Below, piece by piece: positions 54,505 to 64,000 of a DNA stretch of 64,000 nucleotides. Every line of letters begins with the position of its first letter. The first letter of the stretch is position 1. Origin of the DNA: Bacillota bacterium. GTDB lineage: Bacteria; Bacillota; Clostridia; Saccharofermentanales; DTU023. A model generated the notes under the pieces. That model was not told the origin of the DNA. It ran no database searches and saw only the letters and a program-made list of their open reading frames with translations. A program made the translations under genes and the position numbers. The stretch lies in assembly GCA_023622515.1 (NCBI GenBank), contig JAMNZB010000065.1, forward strand, positions 8,875 to 72,874, given 5' to 3'.

Positions 54505-57351
54505 ATGAGTTTATTAAGAAAACTTTTCGGGACAAGTTCTGAAAGAGAAATCAAAAAAATCAGGCCACTACTTCAAGCAACAAATGCTTTAGAAGGTAAA
54601 TACAAAGCCATGCGAGAGCAGGAACTAGTTGGCCAAACAGCCATATTTAAAGAACAATTAGCGAATGGTAAGAGTCTTGATGACCTTTTACCGGCTGCTT
54701 TTGCTACTGTAAAAGAGGCCGCAACAAGGGTTCTCGATATGCGCCACTATGACGTACAAGTCTTGGGTGGTATTGTTCTCCATCAAGGCAGGATTGCCGA
54801 GATGAAGACCGGTGAGGGAAAAACTCTTGTGGCTACCTTACCCGTTTATTTGAATGCCTTAACCGGGAAGGGTGTGCATGTTGTCACGGTCAATGACTAC
54901 CTTGCGGAAAGGGACTCTGAGTGGATGGGGAAAGTATACCGCTATCTGGGCCTTGATGTTGGCTTAATCATAAATGGTAAAAATAAGGCGGAACGACGTG
55001 CAGCCTATGCGGCTGATATTACCTATGGGACAAACAACGAATACGGCTTTGATTATCTGCGGGATAATATGGTCAGCGAACTGAGTGGTTTAGTACAGCG
55101 TGACCTGTCTTTTGCCATAGTTGACGAGGTTGACAGTATTTTGATTGATGAAGCGCGTACACCGCTAATTATTTCCGGAGCAGGCGACGCTTCCTCAGAT
55201 GACTACCGGATTGCACAAAGTTTTGTTTCCACTCTGAAAAAGCGAGTTTACACCCAGCTTGACTCCAAGATGGATTTTGCCGAGGCGGATGATTTACATG
55301 GTGATGCCGATTATATTATCGACGAAAAGGCAAAGACTTCTGTCTTAACCAAAAACGGTGTGGCCAAGGCAGAGAGATTCTATAAAATTGCCAATCTATC
55401 TGATCCGGAAAATTATCAAATTAACCATCACATCAATAATGCCCTAAAGGCGAACGGTATCATGCATCGTGATGAGGCCTATATTGTTCAAGATGGAGAG
55501 ATTATTATCGTTGATGACTTTACCGGGCGCTTAATGCCGGGAAGACGCTATAGTAACGGTCTCCATCAAGCTATTGAAGCAAAAGAAGGGGTTCATGTTA
55601 GAAGAGAAAGCAAAACATTAGCCACAATTACATTTCAAAATTACTTCAGAATGTACGACAAGCTATCCGGCATGACGGGAACGGCCATGACTGAGGAAGA
55701 TGAGTTTAAGCAAATTTATCGGCTTGATGTGGTGGAAATTCCAACCAATAAACCGGTTATACGAAAAGACCATGACGATGCAATTTACAAGACCCAGCAA
55801 GGGAAATTAAGTCAAATTATCGAGACGGTCCACAATATCCACCAAAAAGGACAACCGATTTTAATTGGTACCGTTTCTGTCGAGAGTAGTGAAGAGTATT
55901 CAAAAGCCTTTGCTAAGGCAGGTCTTCGCCATAATGTATTAAACGCAAAACATCATGAACGGGAGGCGGAAATTGTTTCTCAAGCAGGACGGTATGGGGC
56001 AATTACTATCGCTACTAATATGGCCGGTCGCGGAACTGATATTATGCTTGGGGGCAACCCGGAGTATCTTGCCAAGCAAGAAATGAGAAAAAACGGATAT
56101 TCCGATGACTTGATTGAAGCGGCTGATGCTTACAATGAAACGGACGACAAGGACATTTTAGAAGCAAGAAAGCAATTCCAACTGCTAAAAGCACGTTTCA
56201 AAGAGGAAACCGATCGGGAAAAAGAAAAGGTTATTGCCAGCGGTGGACTCTATATTCTGGGAACAGAGCGCCATGAGTCCAGGCGAATCGATAATCAGCT
56301 CCGCGGACGCTCCGGTCGTCAGGGAGATATTGGTGCCAGTAAGTTTTTCCTATCTCTTGAAGACGATTTACTTCGCCTGTTTGGAGGCGAAAGGTTGGGA
56401 GCCATGTTTGAAAACCTCGGTGTTGATGAAAACATGGAGTTAAAACATAAAATGCTTACGCGAGCTATTGAATCCGCTCAGCGAAAAGTTGAGGGGCGTA
56501 ACTTTTCTATCCGGAAAAATGTCCTGGAATATGACAATGTTATGAACCAACAGCGGGAATTAATTTACAGGCAGAGAAGAGATGTCCTGGAAGGGCAAGA
56601 CCTGCATGACTATTATGAAAGAACCCTGGAAACCGTTATCAGAAATACTGTTACCGGTATTCTCTACGACCCTGAGAATGGAGAAGCCTGGGATCTTCGT
56701 GCTCTCCATGCAAAGCTGACAGACCTTCTGGGAGATATCCCCGGCCTGAATCGTGTAAAAGACCTTGACGATAAAAGTCTGAGTGTGGAAGCTTTCACTG
56801 AGGAGCTGATTGCAGATTCTCTTGCGGTACTCCGCAGCAGAGCGGAAGTCTTTGGTGGCGAAGAGGGTATGCGTCGTGCAGAGCGATACATTCTACTTTC
56901 TGTTGTTGATAACCACTGGATGGAGCACATTGACGCTATGGACTCGCTTAGAGATAGTATCGGCATGCGGGCCTATGCCCAGCAAGACCCTGTTATTGCC
57001 TACAAAAAAGAGGGTTTTGAGATGTTCGAAGAGATGAATGATGCTATCCGAGAAGATTCTATCCGTCTTCTCATGCGGGCTCAAATTTTTGATCCTAATG
57101 CAGCGAAAGCGAGTCAAAAAGAGAGTGCCCCCTTGCAAGCCGGCAGAAAACAAGCCGGGTCAGCTCTCAGAGAAGCGCAAGAAAGACTGCAAAGAACGGC
57201 CATGCAAGCAGCTCGTGCCGGCAGCGAGAAGCAAATGCCTGTGAAGCGAGCCCTTCAAATTGGACGCAATGACCCTTGCTGGTGCGGTAGTGGTAAAAAA
57301 TATAAAAATTGCCATATGGCGGAAGATAATGCCAAACAGTATTCAGAATAA
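54505..57351 (+). CDS. secA: Preprotein translocase ATPase SecA
   Basis: 948 aa; Walker A MKTGEGKTL, DEAD-like VDEVDSILIDEARTPLIIS, C-terminal zinc motif CWCGSGKKYKNCH. Confidence 0.96.
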   Translation: MSLLRKLFGTSSEREIKKIRPLLQATNALEGKYKAMREQELVGQTAIFKEQLANGKSLDDLLPAAFATVKEAATRVLDMRHYDVQVLGGIVLHQGRIAEMKTGEGKTLVATLPVYLNALTGKGVHVVTVNDYLAERDSEWMGKVYRYLGLDVGLIINGKNKAERRAAYAADITYGTNNEYGFDYLRDNMVSELSGLVQRDLSFAIVDEVDSILIDEARTPLIISGAGDASSDDYRIAQSFVSTLKKRVYTQLDSKMDFAEADDLHGDADYIIDEKAKTSVLTKNGVAKAERFYKIANLSDPENYQINHHINNALKANGIMHRDEAYIVQDGEIIIVDDFTGRLMPGRRYSNGLHQAIEAKEGVHVRRESKTLATITFQNYFRMYDKLSGMTGTAMTEEDEFKQIYRLDVVEIPTNKPVIRKDHDDAIYKTQQGKLSQIIETVHNIHQKGQPILIGTVSVESSEEYSKAFAKAGLRHNVLNAKHHEREAEIVSQAGRYGAITIATNMAGRGTDIMLGGNPEYLAKQEMRKNGYSDDLIEAADAYNETDDKDILEARKQFQLLKARFKEETDREKEKVIASGGLYILGTERHESRRIDNQLRGRSGRQGDIGASKFFLSLEDDLLRLFGGERLGAMFENLGVDENMELKHKMLTRAIESAQRKVEGRNFSIRKNVLEYDNVMNQQRELIYRQRRDVLEGQDLHDYYERTLETVIRNTVTGILYDPENGEAWDLRALHAKLTDLLGDIPGLNRVKDLDDKSLSVEAFTEELIADSLAVLRSRAEVFGGEEGMRRAERYILLSVVDNHWMEHIDAMDSLRDSIGMRAYAQQDPVIAYKKEGFEMFEEMNDAIREDSIRLLMRAQIFDPNAAKASQKESAPLQAGRKQAGSALREAQERLQRTAMQAARAGSEKQMPVKRALQIGRNDPCWCGSGKKYKNCHMAEDNAKQYSE

Positions 57352-57380
57352 TAGCAATAATAAGATGTAAGGAGAAGTTT

Positions 57381-59366
57381 ATGAATCAAAAGACACTTGA
57401 TCAGTTAGCCGTTAATACCTTGCGTGTCCATTCTATAGAAATGGTTGAGAAAGCCAACTCCGGCCATCCCGGAATGGCGTTGGGAGCAGCCCCTCTAATC
57501 TATACCCTATATGCTAAAGTCATGCAGCACAGCCCGAAGAATCCGACCTGGATAAATCGCGATCGATTTGTCTTGAGTGCAGGACATGCCTCTGCCTTGA
57601 TGTATTCTCTATTGCACCTTTTCGGATATGATATTTCTCGGTCTGATTTAGAAAACTTCAGGCAGTACAAAAGCATCACTCCCGGTCATCCGGAGATTGT
57701 TATTACTCCGGGAGTAGACGCCGGTACCGGTCCGCTGGGCCAAGGTGTGGCCATGGGTGTGGGGATGGCCCTGGCGGAGAGATATTTGGCTCACACCTTT
57801 AACAAAGCCGGAGAAGACATTATTGATCACTTTACTTATGTACTCCATGGGGATGGCTGTCCGCAAGAAGGTGTCGCAGCAGAAGCTTGTTCCTTTGCCG
57901 GTATGCATAAGCTGGGCAAGCTGATCATGATTTATGACCGCAATCAAATTACTATTGACGGTTCTATCGATATAAGCTTTACAGAAGATGTTGGAGCCCG
58001 GTACAAGGCTTACGGCTGGCAGGTGCTTACTGTAGATGATGCGAACGACATAGAGGCTTTTTATGCAGCCCTCAAAGAGGCTCAAGCTGAAACAGAAAAA
58101 CCGACCATCATTATCGTCCATTCACATATAGGTTATGGCTCACCTGTTCAAGATTCCAGTAAGGCTCATGGCGCACCTCTGGGGAAAGAAAATCTGGAAA
58201 AAACCAAAGAAAACCTCGCCTGGCCAAAGGACTTAGCTCCTTTTGAGACTCCTGCAGTAGTTAAAAACTATGTGGACGCTATTGCAGAAGAATTGACCTC
58301 AAAAGAGAGGGCCTGGCAAGAAAAGTTTATGGCCTGGCGTAGTAAATATCCTGATCTGGCAAAAAAATGGGACAGCTTTTTTACAGAAGACTTCTCTTTC
58401 TTAGAAAATGATGAAGGCTTTTTTAAAATTCCTGAAAAGAGTGAAGCCACAAGGGAAAGTTCACGAAAAGTACTTAACCTTCTAAGTGAGCATTTGCCGA
58501 ACTTAATCGGCGGCAGTGCTGACCTTGCCGGATCAAATAAAAGCTGGCTGGATAACTCCCATGCTTTTGATGCTAATAATGCCGATGGGAAGAATATCCA
58601 TTATGGTATTCGGGAATTTGCCATGTCCTGTATTATGAATGGAATTTTATTGCATGGTGGATTGAAGTCTTATTGTGCGACCTTTTTCACCTTTAGTGAC
58701 TATATGCGTTCAGGTATTCGTTCCAGCGCTTTAATGGATTTACCGGCCATATATGTCTTTACCCATGACAGTATAGGAGTGGGTGAAGATGGCCCCACCC
58801 ATCAGCCGGTTGAGCATTTAGCCAGCTTCCGAGCCATGCCTAATATACTAACTTTCAGGCCGGCCGATTATCTTGAAACAGCCGGAGCCTACCTTTATGC
58901 CATCAAGAGTCAAAGGCCGACCATTCTAGCCTTAAGTCGTCAGAATTTACCGCAAATCGACCTGGCCTATAGCCGGCGTGAGATTGAGCGAGGGGCTTAT
59001 ATAGTGCAAGATGCCGAGAAACCGGAATTAATCTTGCTGGCCAGCGGTTCTGAAGTGGCTTTGGCTTTAGAAGCGGCCGGAGTTCTGAAAGAGCAGGATG
59101 TTTCTGTCCGTGTTGTTTCCATGCCTTGTATGGAACTTTTTAATGAGCAAAGTGCAGAATACAAAGAAAGTGTATTACCTAAGGCCGTTCAAAAACGCAT
59201 AGCTATAGAGGCCGGATCTTCCTTGCCCTGGTACCGTTATGTTGGTCCGGAAGGGAAAATTGTCGGCGTAGACGACTTTGGCATGTCTGCTCCTGCTGAT
59301 AAAATCTTTGAGCATTTTGGCTTTAGCCTTGAGTCTATTGTAGAAAAAGCAAAAGAAATACTATAA
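57381..59366 (+). CDS. tkt: Transketolase
   Basis: 661 aa; ...SGHPGMALGAAP..., TPP-binding GDGCPQEG, ...THDSIGVGEDGPTHQPVEHL... Confidence 0.95.
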   Translation: MNQKTLDQLAVNTLRVHSIEMVEKANSGHPGMALGAAPLIYTLYAKVMQHSPKNPTWINRDRFVLSAGHASALMYSLLHLFGYDISRSDLENFRQYKSITPGHPEIVITPGVDAGTGPLGQGVAMGVGMALAERYLAHTFNKAGEDIIDHFTYVLHGDGCPQEGVAAEACSFAGMHKLGKLIMIYDRNQITIDGSIDISFTEDVGARYKAYGWQVLTVDDANDIEAFYAALKEAQAETEKPTIIIVHSHIGYGSPVQDSSKAHGAPLGKENLEKTKENLAWPKDLAPFETPAVVKNYVDAIAEELTSKERAWQEKFMAWRSKYPDLAKKWDSFFTEDFSFLENDEGFFKIPEKSEATRESSRKVLNLLSEHLPNLIGGSADLAGSNKSWLDNSHAFDANNADGKNIHYGIREFAMSCIMNGILLHGGLKSYCATFFTFSDYMRSGIRSSALMDLPAIYVFTHDSIGVGEDGPTHQPVEHLASFRAMPNILTFRPADYLETAGAYLYAIKSQRPTILALSRQNLPQIDLAYSRREIERGAYIVQDAEKPELILLASGSEVALALEAAGVLKEQDVSVRVVSMPCMELFNEQSAEYKESVLPKAVQKRIAIEAGSSLPWYRYVGPEGKIVGVDDFGMSAPADKIFEHFGFSLESIVEKAKEIL

Positions 59367-59436
59367 CATTCCCGCTTGTATTCCTTTCATTTAGCCTGGG
59401 ATGAAAAGATAGGCTTTTGAAAAGAAAGATTTCATA

Positions 59437-59470
59437 AAAATAGTCCTGAATTAATTTTCAGGACTATTTT
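59437..59470. terminator. Bidirectional terminator (tkt on +, tRNA-Thr on -)
   Basis: AAAATAGTCCTGAA (59437-59450) / TTCAGGACTATTTT (59457-59470), 6-nt loop; A/T runs on both sides. Confidence 0.85.
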
Positions 59471-59473
59471 TCT

Positions 59474-59548
59474 TGGAGCCGGAGATGGGAATCGAACCCA
59501 CGACCTATTCATTACGAGTGAATTGCTCTACCCCTGAGCCACTCCGGC
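59474..59548 (-). tRNA. tRNA-Thr (anticodon CGU), CCA encoded
   Basis: Reverse complement GCCGGAGTGGCTCAGGGGTAGAGCAATTCACTCGTAATGAATAGGTCGTGGGTTCGATTCCCATCTCCGGCTCCA folds as a cloverleaf; anticodon loop CUCGUAA. Confidence 0.92.
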
Positions 59549-59558
59549 AAGCCCTGAA

Positions 59559-59587
59559 ATAGTAGCAAAGCTGAGAATTCTTGTCAA
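59559..59587 (-). promoter_or_regulatory. Promoter of tRNA-Thr (-35 TTGACA, 17 nt, -10 TACTAT on the - strand)
   Basis: Reverse complement of 59582-59587 = TTGACA and of 59559-59564 = TACTAT; ~10 nt upstream of the tRNA 5' end. Confidence 0.6.
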
Positions 59588-59719
59588 TTACACTTTTATC
59601 CGTAAACTATTTTGAATCAAGAGATTACATGGCCTCATCTAATGACCTTCGTCATTTCTATAATTTACTACTCTAATAAGAAAACTTGTTCAGTAACCTA
59701 CGTTACACGAGCGTCTTTA

Positions 59720-59728
59720 TGTTATACT
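59720..59728 (+). promoter_or_regulatory. Extended -10 element TGTTATACT upstream of nfnA-like gene
   Basis: Read directly, ~60 nt upstream of the TTG start. Confidence 0.4.
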
Positions 59729-59790
59729 AAGGCGTGGAAAGGACTTTTTGTTCTTTTCTTACTTTTTGATGTATATAAGGAGGTAGACAA

Positions 59791-60639
59791 TTGTACAAGA
59801 TACTCTACAAACGACGCTTAAATGAGGAAAGTGTCGAAATGGATATTGAAGCCCCGCACATTGCAAACAAAGCGAAACCCGGTCAGTTCATTATGTTCAG
59901 AACCTATGAAAATAGTGAGCGTGTGCCGCTAACCGTTGCAGGTGTGAATAAAGAAACAGGTGGTGTAAAAATCATCTTCCAGCAGGTTGGCCGCTCTACA
60001 ATGGAGCTCGGTGAATTAAATGAAGGTGACTATATCCAAGATTTTGTTGGCCCGTTAGGTAAACCATCAGAGCTTGAGCAATTCATAGGGAAAAAGATTG
60101 CTGTGGCCGGTGGTGGATTGGGTGCTGCCATTGCCTATCCGATTGCTAAATATGCCTATGCCTTGGGTATTGATGTCGATATGATTGCCGGTTTTAGAAA
60201 CAAAGACATCATCATTTTAGAAGATGAAATGAAAGCGAACAGCACCAGATGTTTTATTACAACTGATGATGGATCGAACGGTACAAAAGGCTTTGTTTCC
60301 GATATCCTCGAAGAACAAATCAAAGCAGGCGCCAAATATGATCATGTTATCTGTATTGGCCCTATGATTATGATGAAAGTAACTTGCGCATTAACGAAGA
60401 AATATGATATCCCCACAACAGTATCGATGAATACCATCATGGTTGACGGCACAGGAATGTGCGGTTGCTGTCGTTTAACTGTGGATAATGAAACAAAATT
60501 TGCTTGTGTCGATGGTCCTGATTTTGATGGTCATTTAGTTGATTTTGATGAGGCTATGTCTCGTGGGCGTGTTTATCATGCGCAAGAGCAGCATGATAAA
60601 GAAGCACATATTTGTCGTTTAACAGGGGAGGTTAACTAA
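59791..60639 (+). CDS. NfnA/SudB-like ferredoxin-NADP(+) reductase small subunit (FAD, 2Fe-2S)
   Basis: TTG start 7 nt after AAGGAGG; 282 aa; PyrK-like FAD/NAD fold and C-terminal cluster motif GMCGCCRLTV...FACVDGPDF. Confidence 0.82.
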   Translation: MYKILYKRRLNEESVEMDIEAPHIANKAKPGQFIMFRTYENSERVPLTVAGVNKETGGVKIIFQQVGRSTMELGELNEGDYIQDFVGPLGKPSELEQFIGKKIAVAGGGLGAAIAYPIAKYAYALGIDVDMIAGFRNKDIIILEDEMKANSTRCFITTDDGSNGTKGFVSDILEEQIKAGAKYDHVICIGPMIMMKVTCALTKKYDIPTTVSMNTIMVDGTGMCGCCRLTVDNETKFACVDGPDFDGHLVDFDEAMSRGRVYHAQEQHDKEAHICRLTGEVN

Positions 60640-62048
60640 TGAGTGAAGTAAGAAAACCGAATATGTCCTTAGAAAAGGTAAAGATTCCTGAACAAGATCC
60701 TCAGGTAAGAAATAAAAACTTCTCGGAAGTTGCTTTAGGCTACACAGATGAGATGGCTCTGGAAGAAGCAAAACGTTGCCTTAATTGTAAGCATAAACCC
60801 TGTGTTGCCGGTTGTCCGGTAAATGTTCGTATTCCGGAATTTATCCAAGAAATTGTTAACGGAAATCTGGAAAAAGCCTATGAGATATTAAGCTCGACAA
60901 ATAGTCTGCCGGCCATTTGCGGACGTGTCTGCCCTCAAGAAGACCAATGTGAAAAGTACTGTATACGTGGGATTAAGGGTGAACCGGTTGCTATCGGACG
61001 CTTAGAGCGCTACGTTGCGGACAAATATCTAGAGAGTGAGCATCCGGAAGTTTGTCCTGCGGAAAAGAATGGGCATAAGGTTGCCATTGTTGGCGCAGGA
61101 CCGGCCGGCTTGACTTGTGCCGGAGATTTAGCCAAGAAAGGTTATGACGTTACTGTCTATGAGTCTCTCCATGTAGCCGGCGGTGTTCTGATGTATGGTA
61201 TCCCGGAATTCCGTTTGCCCAAAAAATTGGTCCAAAAAGAAATTGATTTGCTTATGCAGTGTGGTGTAAAGATTGAGACCAACATGGTTATCGGTCGGGT
61301 ACACTCGATTGACGAATTATTGGAAGAACATGGTTTTGAAGCAGTATTCTTGGGTTCCGGTGCAGGCCTGCCCAAATTTATGAATATTCCCGGTGAAAAC
61401 TTGAACGGGGTTTATTCTGCCAATGAATTTTTAACCAGAAACAATCTCATGAAAGCCTATGACTGGCCTAATTCCGCAACACCGATTAATGTTGGGAAGC
61501 GGGTTGCCGTCGTTGGTGGTGGTAACGTAGCCATGGACGCAGCGCGTACAGCAAAACGTTTAGGGGCTGATGAGGTATATATTGTTTACCGTCGTTCTGA
61601 AGAAGAACTTCCAGCCCGTGTAGAAGAAGTTCACCATGCCAAAGAAGAAGATATCATCTTCAAGTTACTTTGTAATCCCACGAAGATTTTAGGTGATGAC
61701 AGCGGTTCTGTTCGCGGCATTGAAGTTATTGAAATGGAACTTGGAGAACCCGATGACTCAGGTAGAAGAAGACCTGTAGCTATTCCGAACTCCGAGCATG
61801 AGATTGAAGTTGAAACGGTCATTATGGCTATCGGTCAATCCCCGAACCCCTTACTGCGTCAAACCACACCGGACTTAAAGTGTGAAAGCTGGGGCGGTAT
61901 TATTGTTGACGAGAATACCATGGCCAGCAGTAAAGAAGGCGTGTATGCGGGCGGAGACGCTGTTACCGGTGCAGCCACGGTTATCTTAGCCATGGGTGCA
62001 GGTAAGAAGGCTGCAGCAGCCATTGACGAGTATATTCAGAACCAGTAA
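60639..62048 (+). CDS. NfnB/GltD-like NADPH-dependent oxidoreductase large subunit (2x 4Fe-4S, FAD)
   Basis: N-terminal Cys clusters (CLNCKHKPCVAGCP..., CGRVCPQEDQCEKYC), two dinucleotide folds (VAIVGAGPAGL, VAVVGGGNVAMD); ATG overlaps the upstream stop. Confidence 0.85.
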   Translation: MSEVRKPNMSLEKVKIPEQDPQVRNKNFSEVALGYTDEMALEEAKRCLNCKHKPCVAGCPVNVRIPEFIQEIVNGNLEKAYEILSSTNSLPAICGRVCPQEDQCEKYCIRGIKGEPVAIGRLERYVADKYLESEHPEVCPAEKNGHKVAIVGAGPAGLTCAGDLAKKGYDVTVYESLHVAGGVLMYGIPEFRLPKKLVQKEIDLLMQCGVKIETNMVIGRVHSIDELLEEHGFEAVFLGSGAGLPKFMNIPGENLNGVYSANEFLTRNNLMKAYDWPNSATPINVGKRVAVVGGGNVAMDAARTAKRLGADEVYIVYRRSEEELPARVEEVHHAKEEDIIFKLLCNPTKILGDDSGSVRGIEVIEMELGEPDDSGRRRPVAIPNSEHEIEVETVIMAIGQSPNPLLRQTTPDLKCESWGGIIVDENTMASSKEGVYAGGDAVTGAATVILAMGAGKKAAAAIDEYIQNQ

Positions 62049-62070
62049 AACAGTACTCGAATAGGTCATA

Positions 62071-63321
62071 ATGAACAAATTAAATATTGCCATAACAGCA
62101 GATTTACACCTGGGTACTCCCTTTAGCTTTGCCGGAGCAAGTCAGGCTAAAGAGCTTGGCGAGTTTCAAATAAAAAGCCTGCTTGAGCTGTGTAGATATT
62201 GCAAAAATCATGACATAGAATTTTTGTTCATCGCCGGTGACCTTTTTGATCGAATCAATATAGAAGAAGCTCTGTTGCGAAAAGTGCAGCAGAGCTTCCT
62301 TTTATGCCCTAAAACAGAAGTTGTTATCGTACCGGGAAACCACGACCCATATTTTCCTGATTCTTATTGGGATGATGAGCGCTGGCCAAGTCATGTGCAT
62401 ATCGTGACCAACAAACACTATTTTAAAGAGTGGAAGCAGCAAAAACTGCGTGTCTATAGCGAACCCTTTACGACACAGAGTAGTGATACCAGCCTTGTTG
62501 ATACACTTTCCCCGGAAATTGACAGCCGTTTTATTAATATCCTCTTAATGCATGGTGATTTGCTTCAGGCCGGGGACAGGAGCAGATACAATCCGATACC
62601 GAAGGAATGGCTTGCTACGTCAGAAATTGATTTGGCCGTTTTAGGCCATTGGCATACTGCTACGGAAGTCATTCAGCTAAATAAAAAGACCGCCTTTATC
62701 TACCCGGGTGTCCTTATGGGACGCGGCTTTGACGAGCTGGGTGATAAGGGCTTTTATGCCGGAACTATTATGAAAAGTTCCGAGCTATATGATAGCCGGC
62801 ACTTGGCAAAAATACGCCTCAATTTTATTCCCTTGTCGCAGATTAAATTTTTCAAGCAGACCCTGAATTTGCGGATTGAAGAGGAAGAAAGCCTTGATGA
62901 AGCCTTTCAAGACTCACTGGTAAGAAGGATATTGCAGAAAGCACAAAATATTAGCGGAAACATAAAACGAGATGCTTTTTACTTTCAACTAACCGGCTAC
63001 ACAGCCTTTGCACCGGACAGGGAATATATTTCATTTGCCCTGAAAGATGCTTTTGCTCATTTTCAGCTAGATGATTTTACCAGGCGCTCCATTCATCTTG
63101 AACGCTATGTGAATGAAGGAAATCTACGTGCTCAGATTGCCAAGGATTGTTTACTTCTTAATGATTTTTTGTCGCAAGAGAAGCCTGTAAAAGATCAGGA
63201 GAATTTTTGGAAAAGGTATTTGCCAAAAGATTTTCTCGAGATCTCACCAGCCAAACGGAAAGATATTTTCGATAGGGCTGTTGAGAAATTGTTTAGTCTT
63301 ATGGACCGGGGGGACGGATAG
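62071..63321 (+). CDS. SbcD/YhaO-like DNA repair exonuclease (calcineurin-like metallophosphoesterase)
   Basis: Motifs ITADLHLG, AGDLFD, VPGNHD, LMHG, LGHWH in phosphoesterase order; 416 aa; followed by an SMC-like ATPase. Confidence 0.8.
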   Translation: MNKLNIAITADLHLGTPFSFAGASQAKELGEFQIKSLLELCRYCKNHDIEFLFIAGDLFDRINIEEALLRKVQQSFLLCPKTEVVIVPGNHDPYFPDSYWDDERWPSHVHIVTNKHYFKEWKQQKLRVYSEPFTTQSSDTSLVDTLSPEIDSRFINILLMHGDLLQAGDRSRYNPIPKEWLATSEIDLAVLGHWHTATEVIQLNKKTAFIYPGVLMGRGFDELGDKGFYAGTIMKSSELYDSRHLAKIRLNFIPLSQIKFFKQTLNLRIEEEESLDEAFQDSLVRRILQKAQNISGNIKRDAFYFQLTGYTAFAPDREYISFALKDAFAHFQLDDFTRRSIHLERYVNEGNLRAQIAKDCLLLNDFLSQEKPVKDQENFWKRYLPKDFLEISPAKRKDIFDRAVEKLFSLMDRGDG

Positions 63322-64000
63322 GTGAAAATTCATAAAATTGTGATAAGACGTTTTGCCGGAATAAAGGATCTTGAACTTTCCCTTACTGACAACTTCATCT
63401 TGCTTTTTGGTCAAAATGAAAGCGGGAAAAGTACCATTCTTGCTTTTATACGCGCTATGTTCTATGGTCTCGGCCGACAAAATAAAAATCCTGAAAAAAA
63501 TGCAAGGCTTCGTTTTACCCCCTGGAATAGCAGCGAGCTCATGCAGGGAAGTATCCGTTTTTCTTTACAGGATGAAGAATTTAGCCTGGAAAGAAGCTTT
63601 GGAAAAACAAAAGCAGATGACCGGGTCCGCTTATGGAATCATAGCAGCTATCAAGATGTTTTACTTAAAAATCCTGATGCGCCGGGCGAAGAACTATTTT
63701 CTTTGACCGAAAGGGAGTTTTTAGTTTCTTCCCTTGTGGCCAGTCCGCGAACCAGGCTTAATCAGCAAAATTTAGAGGAAAAGATTGTTCATATTAGTGA
63801 CAGTGGAGATGAACATTTTTCTATAGAAGATCTGAACTATGCCTTGGAGAGGGAAGAAAAAGAACTAGCTGCAGGTCCAAAGGGCGGGGCTCTCGCTGAG
63901 GCTTTGAAAAGAGAAGAAGAATGCGAAGGGCGGCTTTCCCGAGCCTTGCAGCGAGATAGGACAAAGTTAGAAATCGAGTCCAGAATCAATATTTTAGAAA
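63322..64000 (+). CDS. SbcC/YhaN-like AAA/SMC-type ATPase, N-terminal part (runs off the window; not in the ORF track)
   Basis: Manual translation from GTG 63322 (1 nt after the upstream TAG): VKIHKIVIRRFAGIKDLELSLTDNFILLFGQNESGKSTILAFI... Walker A, then coiled-coil-like sequence; open to position 64000. Confidence 0.8.
   Translation, partial: MKIHKIVIRRFAGIKDLELSLTDNFILLFGQNESGKSTILAFIRAMFYGLGRQNKNPEKNARLRFTPWNSSELMQGSIRFSLQDEEFSLERSFGKTKADDRVRLWNHSSYQDVLLKNPDAPGEELFSLTEREFLVSSLVASPRTRLNQQNLEEKIVHISDSGDEHFSIEDLNYALEREEKELAAGPKGGALAEALKREEECEGRLSRALQRDRTKLEIESRINILE

Noticed and set aside
59612-59821. 69-aa ORF upstream of and overlapping the nfnA-like start
   Set aside because: It begins with TTG in an AT-rich promoter/5' UTR region, has no RBS, and overlaps the well-supported nfnA-like start behind AAGGAGG. 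Likely non-coding.
63371-63706. 111-aa ORF listed in the track
   Set aside because: It is out of frame within the SbcC/YhaN-like gene, whose frame (from GTG 63322) stays open to the window end and carries a Walker A motif. The listed ORF has no recognisable features.

Overview
Chromosomal segment of a Bacillota (Clostridia-like) genome, mostly transcribed on the + strand. All calls come from reading the supplied ORF track and raw sequence; no searches or computations were run, and start codons are best guesses. Content in order: (1) the distal spc/alpha ribosomal super-operon (rplF' to rplQ, with secY, adk, map, infA, rpmJ, rpoA); (2) the ECF-transporter energizing module (a fused EcfA1-EcfA2, then EcfT) and a single open frame joining TruA to nicotinate phosphoribosyltransferase; (3) housekeeping genes (ridA, ansA, pheST, a D-Ala-D-Ala carboxypeptidase); (4) a ~4.9-kb AT-rich integrative element in the 3' end of tRNA-Ala(GGC), bounded by an 18-bp direct repeat. 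It carries an integrase, a cI/cro-like switch, an excisionase-type HTH, a replication initiator, a G39P-like helicase loader and an iteron/AT-rich origin-like region, but no packaging, lysis or cargo genes; (5) mntP, dtd, malQ, ruvCAB, queH, rqcH, nagB, two tandem divergent long Prs-like genes and engB; (6) an XRE/ImmA-controlled Y-family polymerase/YolD cassette with three palindromic operators; (7) comEC, holA, asnS, and radC-mreC-mreD-PBP2 with no mreB, followed by a methylglyoxal-synthase-like protein lacking the catalytic residues and an MBL hydrolase; (8) an uncharacterised, translationally coupled three-gene cluster of N-terminally anchored proteins with TadE/TadG-like leaders, with no pilus machinery nearby; (9) secA, tkt, tRNA-Thr(CGU), nfnAB-like genes and an SbcD/SbcC-like pair that runs off the window. 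No CRISPR array, rRNA or transposase was seen. The best candidates for new biology are the minimal satellite-like element (19874-24748), the orphan three-gene envelope cluster (51554-54457), the ImmR/ImmA-type translesion cassette (37450-40597), the TruA-PncB fusion and the Prs-like pair.
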